Shown here: piece after piece, positions 27,500 through 36,211 of the stretch | Layout: every line of letters starts with the position of its first letter | Numbering within the stretch: position 1 is the first letter of the stretch | Source: an uncultured Gammaproteobacteria bacterium | Lineage (GTDB): Bacteria > Patescibacteriota > Patescibacteriia > CAYHVQ01 | Assembly: GCA_964360435.1 (NCBI GenBank) | Contig: CAYHVQ010000002.1 | Span: 1-51,879 of the forward strand | Length of the DNA: 51,879 nt | Direction of reading: 5' to 3' | Notes under the pieces: generated by a model | The model's database searches: none | Seen by the model: only the letters and a program-made list of their open reading frames with translations | Told to the model about the DNA's origin: nothing | Made by a program: the position numbers and the translations under genes

Positions 27500-27970
27500 T
27501 CAACGGGCGGAGAGATCCCAGACATTGAGCATCAGACTCCGACAGAATCGGATCGTACGCCCATCCGCATCCATCACCTCCTCGAATTCGGCGCGTGCCG
27601 TCACCTCCCGGCGGTGGCAATTCCGCGGGTCTCCGAAATAGTCCGCGCCAGCTTCGCTAGAGATCGTCAATTTGTCGCGGTCGGTGAGAATGCCCAGCGT
27701 GATGAAGTCCCCATTCGGACAGTACACATGGTAGCACCATCCATAGCGACTGTCCTGTGTCACGAGGAGCGTGCCGGTTGCCCGAATGTTCGTGAATTCC
27801 CCCGTCCCCACCAGCACAGATTTCGTGGAGCCGGCCGTCTGCGCTGTTGGGCGATCGAACTGGTGATCGAATCCCTTGACTCCCACGAACAACACGAACG
27901 CGGCGAACATGAAAGCGATAACGACAACCCCCGCGGAAAGGCGTGAATGGAACGCCACGCGATCATACAT
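27500..27970 (-). CDS. membrane-anchored hypothetical protein (156 aa)
   Basis: ATG at 27970 is preceded by AAGGGGG plus a 5-nt spacer. It has the TM helix AGVVVIAFMFAAFVLFVGV. I recognise no family. It lies in a GC-rich patch. Confidence 0.45.
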   Translation of the reverse strand: MYDRVAFHSRLSAGVVVIAFMFAAFVLFVGVKGFDHQFDRPTAQTAGSTKSVLVGTGEFTNIRATGTLLVTQDSRYGWCYHVYCPNGDFITLGILTDRDKLTISSEAGADYFGDPRNCHRREVTARAEFEEVMDADGRTIRFCRSLMLNVWDLSAR

Positions 27971-28133
27971 GTGAACCCCCTTATGGCAGACATTCGTGAG
28001 TCTGCCGCACTCATCCCCACACAAGGGCGAAAGCCGAAGTGGGAAACGAACGATTGATAATGCCATAAGCTGGAACGTGTGTCAAATTAGGCAGTTTCGC
28101 CGTTTGAAAAAAAGCCCTGATCATGGATCAAGA

Positions 28134-28655
28134 CTAGGGCGCGAACAAAAACTCGCACGGGACACCGGCCTCCCACTCTGCAGGCAAGCGCAGCTCAATG
28201 ATCCCCGGCAGACGCCCTTCTCTGCTGCCGACAATGGAGATCGCGCGGCGTTCGAGCGGTATCCCGCGATCCTGTTGGAATAGGAGCCATTTGAAATCCG
28301 CGACCAGCAACTTGCCGTAGAGAAGCTCGAAGTCCACGGAATAGATCGCCGAGTCCATCGCTTGATTCATGAACCACGCGGTCGTGTCCGGAGAAATCAC
28401 CGCGAAGACTCCGCCGCGGGGATTGAGCGGATTCAAGTGGGCATTGAGATAGCCTACGAGAATCGCCGGTGCGTCGTGGACCATGCGCTCGAGATCCGGC
28501 TCTGTGGAACCGCGGTCATCGTCCACGGAAAGATCGAACGTCAGCGCTCGGCCGCCGCGTTGCAGATCCGACGGAATTGCGCCGCCGGCGAACGCGGGCG
28601 CAAGCAGGATCCCTGCTCCAACCATGCCGAAGCATCTACTGAATGGTTTCCGCAT
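28134..28655 (-). CDS. secreted hypothetical protein (173 aa)
   Basis: ATG at 28655 is preceded by AAGGAGGAGG plus a 5-nt spacer. It has the signal peptide MRKPFSRCFGMVGAGILLAPAFAGGA. I recognise no family. Confidence 0.55.
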   Translation of the reverse strand: MRKPFSRCFGMVGAGILLAPAFAGGAIPSDLQRGGRALTFDLSVDDDRGSTEPDLERMVHDAPAILVGYLNAHLNPLNPRGGVFAVISPDTTAWFMNQAMDSAIYSVDFELLYGKLLVADFKWLLFQQDRGIPLERRAISIVGSREGRLPGIIELRLPAEWEAGVPCEFLFAP

Positions 28656-28783
28656 GACGACCTCCTCCTTCCAGATGGAAGGTGCGCGGACGGATATCCC
28701 CCCAGCACTACGGTCAGTGTGCCCGAGGGTTACGCCGCTGTCAAGAAAAAAAACCTGCCCAAGAAATGCTTGTGCAGGACCCG

Positions 28784-29863
28784 CTAGATCCAAGATCGCG
28801 TCGTCATCTCCTGAACGGCATCCACGATGCATTGTTTGAGGTTGTCGTCCTTGTACGCCTGCGGATTGCCGATCGCAATGCGCAGACCGACCGGAATCGG
28901 CGAAACCGAGTTCGGGAAATCCACACGCTCGAGCGGACGAATGGCAGTGAAGCGATGTCCGACAAGATCGGAAACCGCCGCCGCGCGCCGGTGACCCAAC
29001 CGGTCAAGCGCGTCTTCCAGCTTTCCGTAGTCCAACGAAGAGCTCCACAGCGTCACGACCATCGAACCGGGCGACTGAAACGTTCCGCCTACCGAGAATC
29101 CCCTCGCTTGTCCATTCGTTTGCAGAGCTTTCGCCAGCTCAAGTGCGTGAATGGCGCGGGCATAGCACTGCTGATGAATGGAGCGCTTCTGAAGACTCAA
29201 TGTCGAGGTCGGCGCCAGGAAATGGCAGCCGGTCACGAGCTGGGTTCGGCGCAGGTCTGACAGATCATGAACCGACGCCAGCGCACCGCCGAATGCGTCA
29301 TCCTGGAACCAGAACCGGTACATCGGAACAATCGCAATGGTCCGAAAGGAAGCTGCAGCCAGCGCCATCCAGATTGGCGCCATGGAATTGTAGACGACGA
29401 GATTTCCGCGGAACCGCTTCCGCTCCAAGTACTCCACGATTTCCTTCCACTCGAGACGCAGATCATGGACATCCAGCAAGAGCTGAACATCCGGAAGAAA
29501 GATCGTGCGAACCGAATCGCTGAACCCGCGCGTGACTCCGCGCAAGGACGGTTCGATCCATGTGATCTGGACGCCAGTTCTCTCGCGGGTGTGCGTCACG
29601 ATGTCCCGCGGAACCCCATATCCCACGATCATCTCTCCACCTACTGGGACGACCGACAGCGCAAGGGCGCAGGCAGATTCTGAGGTGCCGGTGAGGATAA
29701 CATGGGGAGCGTCATTGAGAATCTTCCCCACCTCCTCCTCCGCCTGATCGATGAGCGCGGCCGGTCGGTACAGATCCGATGAAAGATCCGTTGCACTGCC
29801 ACGCGCCGCACGGTAGTCCGATAGGCTGTTGTGAAAACCGGAATACCCTCCAAGCGTGCTCAT
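28784..29863 (-). CDS. Cys/Met-metabolism PLP-dependent-enzyme-fold protein, divergent
   Basis: ATG at 29863 is preceded by GGAGG plus a 5-nt spacer. By eye it is colinear with the MetB/MetC family (HVILTGTSESACALALSVVPVGGEMIV; VVYNSMAPI; LSLQKRSIHQQCYARAIHALELAKAL; PVGLRIAIGN). Confidence 0.55.
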   Translation of the reverse strand: MSTLGGYSGFHNSLSDYRAARGSATDLSSDLYRPAALIDQAEEEVGKILNDAPHVILTGTSESACALALSVVPVGGEMIVGYGVPRDIVTHTRERTGVQITWIEPSLRGVTRGFSDSVRTIFLPDVQLLLDVHDLRLEWKEIVEYLERKRFRGNLVVYNSMAPIWMALAAASFRTIAIVPMYRFWFQDDAFGGALASVHDLSDLRRTQLVTGCHFLAPTSTLSLQKRSIHQQCYARAIHALELAKALQTNGQARGFSVGGTFQSPGSMVVTLWSSSLDYGKLEDALDRLGHRRAAAVSDLVGHRFTAIRPLERVDFPNSVSPIPVGLRIAIGNPQAYKDDNLKQCIVDAVQEMTTRSWI

Positions 29864-29900
29864 GACAACCTCCATGGTGGGGTGGAACAAACCTTCCTCC

Positions 29901-29928
29901 ATCCTAAAGAATTTCTTTGATATGTCAA
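29901..29928 (-). promoter_or_regulatory. candidate promoter for the GC-rich three-gene insert
   Basis: The minus strand reads TTGACA (29928-29923), a 16-nt spacer, then TAGGAT (29906-29901), directly after the ftsZ terminator hairpin. Confidence 0.35.
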
Positions 29929-29932
29929 GAAA

Positions 29933-29955
29933 CCCTGACCCTAAACAGATCAGGG
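29933..29955 (-). terminator. candidate ftsZ terminator hairpin
   Basis: 6-bp stem CCCTGA/TCAGGG (with an 11-nt loop). On the minus strand it is followed by TTTCTT. It lies 22 nt after the ftsZ stop. Confidence 0.35.
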
Positions 29956-29976
29956 AACGCCATTATCCCGCAAAAT

Positions 29977-31206
29977 TTACATCATCTTTTTCCGGATAAA
30001 TGCCGGAATTTCCAAATCTTCTTCCGTTTGTTGCGGCGGCTGTTCGCGTTCTATGGAGCGGCGCGGCAATTGTTCGTTATCATCCACAACATTCGAGCGA
30101 ACAAATCGCGGCTCGGATTCCGGACGCCGAACATATTCATCTGCCACTTCGGTTTGAAGGAAGGAAGGCCGCGCATGCACAACCGGTTCCTCGGTTTCAA
30201 AGGCGCTTTTTGTGCGTCCGCCGATTTTATGCGTTGCTCGGCCGGAAGCGCCAAACCCCGTTGCAACAACGGTCACGCGCAACTCCTCGCCAAGAGTCTC
30301 GTCCACCACCGACCCAAAAATCACCCGCGCATTCGGATCCGCGTGTTCCGTGATAATCTTTGCCGCTTCATTCACCTCAAACATTCCCAGATCTGGCCCG
30401 CCGCTGATCGTAAAGAGAATTCCTTTTGCTCCCTCGATAGACAATTCGAGCAACGGACTGTCAATCGCGGCCTTCGCGGCCTCTATTGCCCGATTCTCGC
30501 CCGTCCCGATACCAATACCCATAAGCGCGGAACCGGTATTCTCCATAATCGAGCGGACATCTGCAAAGTCCACATTGATCAGTCCCGGAACCGTAATGAG
30601 ATCGGAAATCCCCTGAACCCCCTGACGCAATACATCATCCACCACCGCAAAGGCTTCCAGAAGAGACGTCTTTTTATCAATCACCTGCAGGAGGCGATCA
30701 TTTGGAATCGTAATAATGGCATCAACCTTTTCAGCGAGTTCGCGATAACCGGACTCGGAAATTTGCTTTCGCTGTTCCCCTTCAAAACTAAACGGCCGCG
30801 TTACAACAGCAACCGTGAGCGCGCCCTGCTCTTTGGCAATATCTGCCACCAGCGGCGAGGCGCCGGTTCCCGTTCCTCCACCCAATCCACAAGTAATAAA
30901 AACCATGTCAGCCCCCTTCAACGATTCAGAAATTTCTTCTTGATTTTCCTCTGCCGCCTTCCGACCAACGTCCGGATCCATCCCCGCGCCAAGACCGCGT
31001 GTCGTTGCTTTCCCAATATGGATTTTCGTGTCTGCGCCAGAGTGATGGAGCGCCTGGGCATCGGTATTGATCGCCAAAAACTCCACGCCTTTCACTTTCG
31101 ATATAATCATCCGATTAATAGCCGCTCCACCGGATCCCCCAACACCAATGACCTTAATTTTTGCAAATGTTTCGACTTCCGGTTTAACTTCCATACGTTT
31201 TTTCAT
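29977..31206 (-). CDS. ftsZ: cell division protein FtsZ
   Basis: Motifs [17 protein letters not shown] and [18 protein letters not shown], plus the C-terminal FtsA-binding peptide [11 protein letters not shown]. Confidence 0.97.
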   Translation of the reverse strand: MKKRMEVKPEVETFAKIKVIGVGGSGGAAINRMIISKVKGVEFLAINTDAQALHHSGADTKIHIGKATTRGLGAGMDPDVGRKAAEENQEEISESLKGADMVFITCGLGGGTGTGASPLVADIAKEQGALTVAVVTRPFSFEGEQRKQISESGYRELAEKVDAIITIPNDRLLQVIDKKTSLLEAFAVVDDVLRQGVQGISDLITVPGLINVDFADVRSIMENTGSALMGIGIGTGENRAIEAAKAAIDSPLLELSIEGAKGILFTISGGPDLGMFEVNEAAKIITEHADPNARVIFGSVVDETLGEELRVTVVATGFGASGRATHKIGGRTKSAFETEEPVVHARPSFLQTEVADEYVRRPESEPRFVRSNVVDDNEQLPRRSIEREQPPQQTEEDLEIPAFIRKKMM

Positions 31207-31226
31207 AAGAAATATTCAGTGACTCC

Positions 31227-31255
31227 ATCTTAAACCTTTTTTGAACACTTGACAA
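31227..31255 (-). promoter_or_regulatory. candidate ftsZ-proximal promoter
   Basis: The minus strand reads TTGTCA (31255-31250), a 17-nt spacer, then TAAGAT (31232-31227). It overlaps an AT-rich 10-bp inverted repeat, TTTTTTGAAC/GTTCAAAAAA (31237-31268). Confidence 0.3.
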
Positions 31256-31322
31256 GAGGTTCAAAAAAACAACCGATCAAATTATGTGTTCAGTCGGACT
31301 ACTGTGCGCCATTTAGCGAACA

Positions 31323-31931
31323 CTACTTCAGTCGGAAGGTGTTGATGATGGATTCTAAAGAACCAACTTCTCGAAGTTCGTAAATCCATCCTCGACTCAC
31401 ATAAAGATGATAAACGACAACTCCAACATTCCTCTCCTGAACTTCCAGTCGAATGCCCAAGGGAGCAAACGAACGCTCCAGCCTTGATTCCTTCACCGTC
31501 CGTGACGACGCGCCGACCTGAATATCCTCCATCCGATCTTCAAGAAGTTGACCCTTGATGACTCTAACGATGACGGGTTCATCAAGTTGTTTCGTGGGTT
31601 GATAAATCTCCAGATGACCTTCCTGCTCACGGACGGCATACGCGGGGGGATAGGCAATGGCATAATGATCCTGTGCAGATTCATAAACCATCCACGACCC
31701 GTCAATAGACGGATCCCGCGACACGGTTGTATTGATATTCTGCGCCGATGACAAATTTGTATTCAACAACAGATCGTAAAGCGTGACGCTCCTTGCACCG
31801 TCGCCATCGGGGCTATTTTTAAGAAGAAAATAGTCGAACGAAAAAACAATCACCGCCATGAGAACCAAAACCCCTGCAACGAGGAATCCCGTTCGAAGGG
31901 ACATTTCACCTTTTCGGATATTTTGCGCCAT
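31323..31931 (-). CDS. bitopic membrane protein of unknown function between ftsA and ftsZ
   Basis: ATG start, one TM helix (TGFLVAGVLVLMAVIVFSF) and an extracytoplasmic domain of about 160 aa. I recognise no family. Confidence 0.6.
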   Translation of the reverse strand: MAQNIRKGEMSLRTGFLVAGVLVLMAVIVFSFDYFLLKNSPDGDGARSVTLYDLLLNTNLSSAQNINTTVSRDPSIDGSWMVYESAQDHYAIAYPPAYAVREQEGHLEIYQPTKQLDEPVIVRVIKGQLLEDRMEDIQVGASSRTVKESRLERSFAPLGIRLEVQERNVGVVVYHLYVSRGWIYELREVGSLESIINTFRLK

Positions 31932-31945
31932 ATATTTTCAAACCC

Positions 31946-33196
31946 TTAGGGCATGAGACCCTGAATCCATTTTTTCATTTTCCCCGTCACTTCTCCCACG
32001 GCGGAAAAACTCTGCCGTTGCCCGCCACGCCCTTTCTGCATGGGGCGAGCGGAAGAACCCCACAGCACGAGTCCAACCGCAGTCGTGAAGGAAGGATCCG
32101 CAACGTGATCAATGGCCGTAATGAGATCTCGGGAAATCCCGACGCTCGCAGGGAGCTTAAAAAGTTGCTTCGCCAGCATCACCATGCCGGGAAGTTTTGC
32201 GCCGCCGCCCGTGAGAACCACCCCGGCGGGCAACAAGCCGGAGCGATCAATGCGCTCCAGTTCTTTATCTACCATTTTGAAAATTTCTTCCGTTCGCGCT
32301 TCAATGATCTCCGCCACATGTTTTTTTGACACCCCTGCAGACGGCTCGCTCTCATGAATATCGTGAAGATCAAAAACTTCTTTTTTATCAACCTCTTCCG
32401 GCATGCACGATCCGTAGGTCAATTTAATCTTTTCCGCAATGTCAATCGAGGTGCGCAGTCCAATCGCAATATCGTTCGTAATATGCGCAGATCCGAGCGG
32501 AAAAATTTTGGAATACATCACGTCCCCTTCTTCAAAAACAAGAAGGTTGGTCGTGGCGCCACCAATATTGATTAGAGCTACCCCCAATTCTTTCTGCCGC
32601 TTCGTGAGCACAGCCTCCGCGCATCCCAAACTCCCCAAAACGAGATCATCAATATCCACGCTCGTTCGGTACACGCACTTCGTCAGATTCTTGATCTGCG
32701 ACATGAGACCGAGGATGATCTGCGCGTGAACTTCCATCCGGAGTCCGGTCATCCCAATCGGATCCTTAATGCCGTGCTGATTATCCACCGTAAAACTTTG
32801 TGGAATGACATGGATAATTTCGTAATTCGGCGGTGTCGCGACAGTTTGAGCCGCATCAATCACCCGCGCAACATCATCTTCCTTGATCTCCCCATCCGCT
32901 TTGGAAACCGCAACGACCCCATGGCCGCTCTGCGCCATAATGTGAGAACCATTGATATTCACATACGCATGTTCAATAGGGATCCCCGTCATGCGCTCCG
33001 CCTTCTCTAAAGCAGCAGAAACCGATGAGACGACATCTTCAATACTCGTAACCACCCCCTTCGACATTCCTTCTGACGGCACTTCTCCAACGCCAAGAAT
33101 ATGCACCCGCTCTTCCGCTCCAGTGATCTGCCCAACGGCAATTCGAACATAGTGTGACCCAACATCGAGTCCGGTCATGATGTCATCTTTTCCCAT
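31946..33196 (-). CDS. ftsA: cell division protein FtsA
   Basis: Actin-fold motifs MTGLDVGSHYVRIAVGQ, ALINIGGATTNLLVF and VVLTGGGAKLPG. ATG at 33196 (33178 is also possible); the track start at 33205 is TTG. Confidence 0.92.
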   Translation of the reverse strand: MGKDDIMTGLDVGSHYVRIAVGQITGAEERVHILGVGEVPSEGMSKGVVTSIEDVVSSVSAALEKAERMTGIPIEHAYVNINGSHIMAQSGHGVVAVSKADGEIKEDDVARVIDAAQTVATPPNYEIIHVIPQSFTVDNQHGIKDPIGMTGLRMEVHAQIILGLMSQIKNLTKCVYRTSVDIDDLVLGSLGCAEAVLTKRQKELGVALINIGGATTNLLVFEEGDVMYSKIFPLGSAHITNDIAIGLRTSIDIAEKIKLTYGSCMPEEVDKKEVFDLHDIHESEPSAGVSKKHVAEIIEARTEEIFKMVDKELERIDRSGLLPAGVVLTGGGAKLPGMVMLAKQLFKLPASVGISRDLITAIDHVADPSFTTAVGLVLWGSSARPMQKGRGGQRQSFSAVGEVTGKMKKWIQGLMP

Positions 33197-33252
33197 AGGA
33201 CTCAAACCTGAAGAAGTAAGGAGTAAACGAGTGTTAGTATACTAAAAATTGA

Positions 33253-33624
33253 TCAGGATGTAAATGAAAACAGTGAGCGAACATACGGCCAGAAGATCAC
33301 GATCCCAATGACCGCGGCCGAAAGAGAGGTGAGTAAGACCGCGGCCGCCATCGTGTCCTTGATAATTTCTACATAATGATGCATCCGAGGCTTTAATACA
33401 TCAATCATGGCCTCAAAGGTAGTGTTTAAAATTTCCAGTGTAAGAACGGCGGTGATCACAAGGATTAACACAATCGCCTCCGCCCGGCTCACATGAAACC
33501 ACCCCATCAGAAGAATCACGAAAGCGCCTACGGCAACCTGAAGGCGAAAATTCTGCTCATGCTGAAAGACGAACAGGAAACCTTTGAACGCGTATCGAAC
33601 GCTATGGAAAAACTTACGAATCAT
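33253..33624 (-). CDS. dgkA: diacylglycerol kinase / undecaprenol kinase family (DgkA)
   Basis: 123 aa with three TM helices and the motifs FKGFLFVFQHEQNFR and LEILNTTFEAMIDV. Confidence 0.85.
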   Translation of the reverse strand: MIRKFFHSVRYAFKGFLFVFQHEQNFRLQVAVGAFVILLMGWFHVSRAEAIVLILVITAVLTLEILNTTFEAMIDVLKPRMHHYVEIIKDTMAAAVLLTSLSAAVIGIVIFWPYVRSLFSFTS

Positions 33625-34064
33625 GTGAGTGATGAATGAAAGGGTTGGAGGATCCAGTGTTCCAGCCGTTCCATTTCTCGGGCATCACGTTCCCGCTCGT
33701 GATCGTAACCCGCGATATGAAGCAGTCCGTGAACAAACAGCCGACTCGCGTGCGAACGCAGGGTCCATCCTCCTGATTTTGCTTCTCTGCGAAGCACGCC
33801 GAGGGCAATAAGGACTTGTCCCATAAACGGACGCGCTTTCAGATCCCCAAATGAAAGGACATTCGTCGCTCGGTCTTTTCCGCGATACATTTTATTCCAT
33901 TTTCGGATCTGCGAATCGGACACAAAAACGATCTCAATCTCCGTGCGCTTCGGCCACCGAACCCGCCCCGCACTCCGCTGCAAAATTTTTTCCACAACAG
34001 AGAGGGTCAGCGGCATGCGGCCGGAACCCGCGATGGTGCATGTGGGAATGAAACGAGACGTCAT
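33621..34064 (-). CDS. ybeY: rRNA maturation endoribonuclease YbeY
   Basis: Zinc motif HGLLHIAGYDHE; 147 aa. It overlaps both neighbours by 4 nt. Confidence 0.9.
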   Translation of the reverse strand: MTSRFIPTCTIAGSGRMPLTLSVVEKILQRSAGRVRWPKRTEIEIVFVSDSQIRKWNKMYRGKDRATNVLSFGDLKARPFMGQVLIALGVLRREAKSGGWTLRSHASRLFVHGLLHIAGYDHERERDAREMERLEHWILQPFHSSLT

Positions 34065-35482
34065 GACGCTGGCGCATTTTGAGGAATTGCAAAGCTCGCA
34101 ACCATCATAAAGTAGGTCGTCATGAAATTGAGATCATCGCGAATGCCGCTATTGTAGGTGATGACAAACATTTTTTCTCCGCTCGCCAAATACGTACTCC
34201 GCTGATCCGGACTTCGAACCCCCGCAAGTCCCTTCACGGTCACCTCCACAATATCCGTCGAATCCACGCCTGGGGATGTATTTAGAAACCACGTTTTTGG
34301 ATCCAGTTGCGCCGTATTATCTTCAACGAGAATTTCCATAAACTCTCCGGTTGCGGATGTGAAGAACACTTTTGTTCCATCGGCAGACGGTGACGCAAAC
34401 CACTTCTCTGGAAAGAATACAGTGAAGGGTGTTTGAAGATGAGTATAGGTTTCCACCAACCCCGAATCCTGCAATTTCAGATTTTGATGCTTCGGACTAT
34501 AAAGCGCCGTAAGTTCCTTTCCATCCACATACCCATCGCCGTCAGAATCTGGATTGGTCGCAAGAACTCCGTACAGTTCCTCCTCCACATCCGTGAGACC
34601 ATCTTGGTCTTGATCCGCAGTTGATGGCAACGGAAGACTCACGTTTGTGTTTGTATTGACATTCATATTCGCATTTTGATTCTCATTGCCATTGCTTACC
34701 ACGTTCGTATTCTGATTGGTCGCGGACGGCGGAAGCGCGATCGGCAAGATCCCAACGTCCTTCCCACTGGGAAATTCCGTGATTTTTAGCGTTACGGTTT
34801 TCGCATTATTATCCACCACGCTTTTCGTGAGGATCGTCCATTCCACGGATCCCGCCCCCTCTCCAATCTTGAGAAAATTCTCATCGTAATCCAGTTCCAA
34901 CAATTCTCGATCTGTATATGTGAGAACGAGCGTTGCCGGTTTCAAAAGCTCTAACCCCGCGGGCAAGAGCGTATAAAACCCGCCCAAGACTGCGGTTTCA
35001 TTCAAACCCGTGGCCAGCCCACGACGAGACGGCGCATATCCCAATATTTCCACAACGGTTCCCGTAGGAATCGAACCCGGAGGGAGCTGAAGCAAGGCAT
35101 CGCCAACCACCTGTCCGTCGCGATTTTTGACTTCAACTTGAACGGCCTCAACGCCCACGGTATTGCTATTGTCCAAAGTATTCGTATTCGAAAAATTTCC
35201 ATTCGCATTATTGTTGACGGGCGGATTGGTCGGACTGGATGACATCAGCACAAGAACTGCAACCACCGCGCCAATCGCGACCACCAAAACCGCAGCAACC
35301 ACAATCAACCAAGCTGGTTTCTTGTGTTCTTTCGCAGTTTGAGGCTTCAAAAACTTCCGCGGCATGACGTGAACGGGTTCCTGATCTGAGATAGAAATCT
35401 TTGTGGGCGCCGACGTCGAACCAGCACTCGACTGTGACTGCGGCTTCTGTGGACTGGATGATAGAGATGGAAACAATGCCAT
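34061..35482 (-). CDS. bitopic surface protein with thrombospondin-type-3-like Ca-binding repeats
   Basis: S/Q/P-rich cytoplasmic N-terminus, the TM helix WLIVVAAVLVVAIGAVVAVLVLM, N-rich linkers, and DQDQDGLTDVEE...DSDGDGYVDGKE. Confidence 0.7.
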   Translation of the reverse strand: MALFPSLSSSPQKPQSQSSAGSTSAPTKISISDQEPVHVMPRKFLKPQTAKEHKKPAWLIVVAAVLVVAIGAVVAVLVLMSSSPTNPPVNNNANGNFSNTNTLDNSNTVGVEAVQVEVKNRDGQVVGDALLQLPPGSIPTGTVVEILGYAPSRRGLATGLNETAVLGGFYTLLPAGLELLKPATLVLTYTDRELLELDYDENFLKIGEGAGSVEWTILTKSVVDNNAKTVTLKITEFPSGKDVGILPIALPPSATNQNTNVVSNGNENQNANMNVNTNTNVSLPLPSTADQDQDGLTDVEEELYGVLATNPDSDGDGYVDGKELTALYSPKHQNLKLQDSGLVETYTHLQTPFTVFFPEKWFASPSADGTKVFFTSATGEFMEILVEDNTAQLDPKTWFLNTSPGVDSTDIVEVTVKGLAGVRSPDQRSTYLASGEKMFVITYNSGIRDDLNFMTTYFMMVASFAIPQNAPAS

Positions 35483-35491
35483 GAAAAATCG

Positions 35492-36208
35492 TTAAGATTC
35501 GTTTTGTAAAAATATGGAAAGATCCAAACGCCCAGGACCCAACGGATTATACCCTGCTCGAATTTCAAGACCGTCAAGGTATCCGTCGTTGTCCGTATCC
35601 GGATTCAGAGGATTTGTTTGATGGGTGGTCTCCATCAGATCACTCAAGCTGTCATGATCGGAATCCGAATCGTCCGGATCGGTTCCTAAACGAGCCTCTT
35701 CCTCCGCAGAGAGTCCGTCTTGATCGGCGTCCAATGGCGAAAGATTCACCGTCGCGACATTCGCATTGCTGTTTGAAGAATTCGTGATGACGGTTGGCGT
35801 ATTCGTATTCCTCACGGTGTTGGTATTTTCATTCCCACTTTCCTCTAAGACGGATTGCCGCAACACCCCGGTAAACATCCACAGCACAATGCCTAAAAGA
35901 AGAACCAGTACGATGACAAACGCGCCCCACAATAACACACGATTACTGACCCGGATCGTTGTCGACCTCCGGGAGGGATTTTCCGGAGCTAGGGGAACCG
36001 GTGGTGGCGGTGGTGGAGGCGGACTCGGACGCTGCCGCTCATGCGGACTCAATGTCCCTCCACCCTCCGCCATCACATCCTGTCGCAACACCTCGCCCAC
36101 CTTCTCTAGTGGCGCCTGCGGGGAAGGTTCCGAGATCGGAGGGGGCGATGAAGAAACCCCGGACGCGGGATCCGTATCTCCAAAAATATCTTCAAGGGGA
36201 TTCGGCAT
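35492..36208 (-). CDS. bitopic surface protein with a Pro-rich N-terminus and thrombospondin-type-3-like repeats
   Basis: A PPPPPPPPVP tract, the TM helix LLWGAFVIVLVLLLGIVLWMF, and DADQDGLSAEEE...DTDNDGYLDGLE. Confidence 0.7.
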   Translation of the reverse strand: MPNPLEDIFGDTDPASGVSSSPPPISEPSPQAPLEKVGEVLRQDVMAEGGGTLSPHERQRPSPPPPPPPPVPLAPENPSRRSTTIRVSNRVLLWGAFVIVLVLLLGIVLWMFTGVLRQSVLEESGNENTNTVRNTNTPTVITNSSNSNANVATVNLSPLDADQDGLSAEEEARLGTDPDDSDSDHDSLSDLMETTHQTNPLNPDTDNDGYLDGLEIRAGYNPLGPGRLDLSIFLQNES

Positions 36209-36211
36209 GGT

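Noticed and set aside
26532-27620. Long N-terminal extensions of several track ORFs (for example 26532-27620, 12902-13789, 7589-9691, 28134-28832, 27500-28066, 1007-1702)
   Set aside because: The extensions are Gly/Arg/Cys-rich or overlap upstream genes. Internal ATGs give proper signal peptides or TM anchors, SD sites, or canonical N-termini, so I trimmed the starts. Several track starts are TTG or GTG (2154, 4645, 20658, 33205, 45215).
29917-31233. 438-aa plus-strand ORF
   Set aside because: It is exactly antisense to ftsZ, which is unmistakable on the minus strand. Its translation is Arg/His/Phe-rich with no motifs, which is typical of a shadow ORF.
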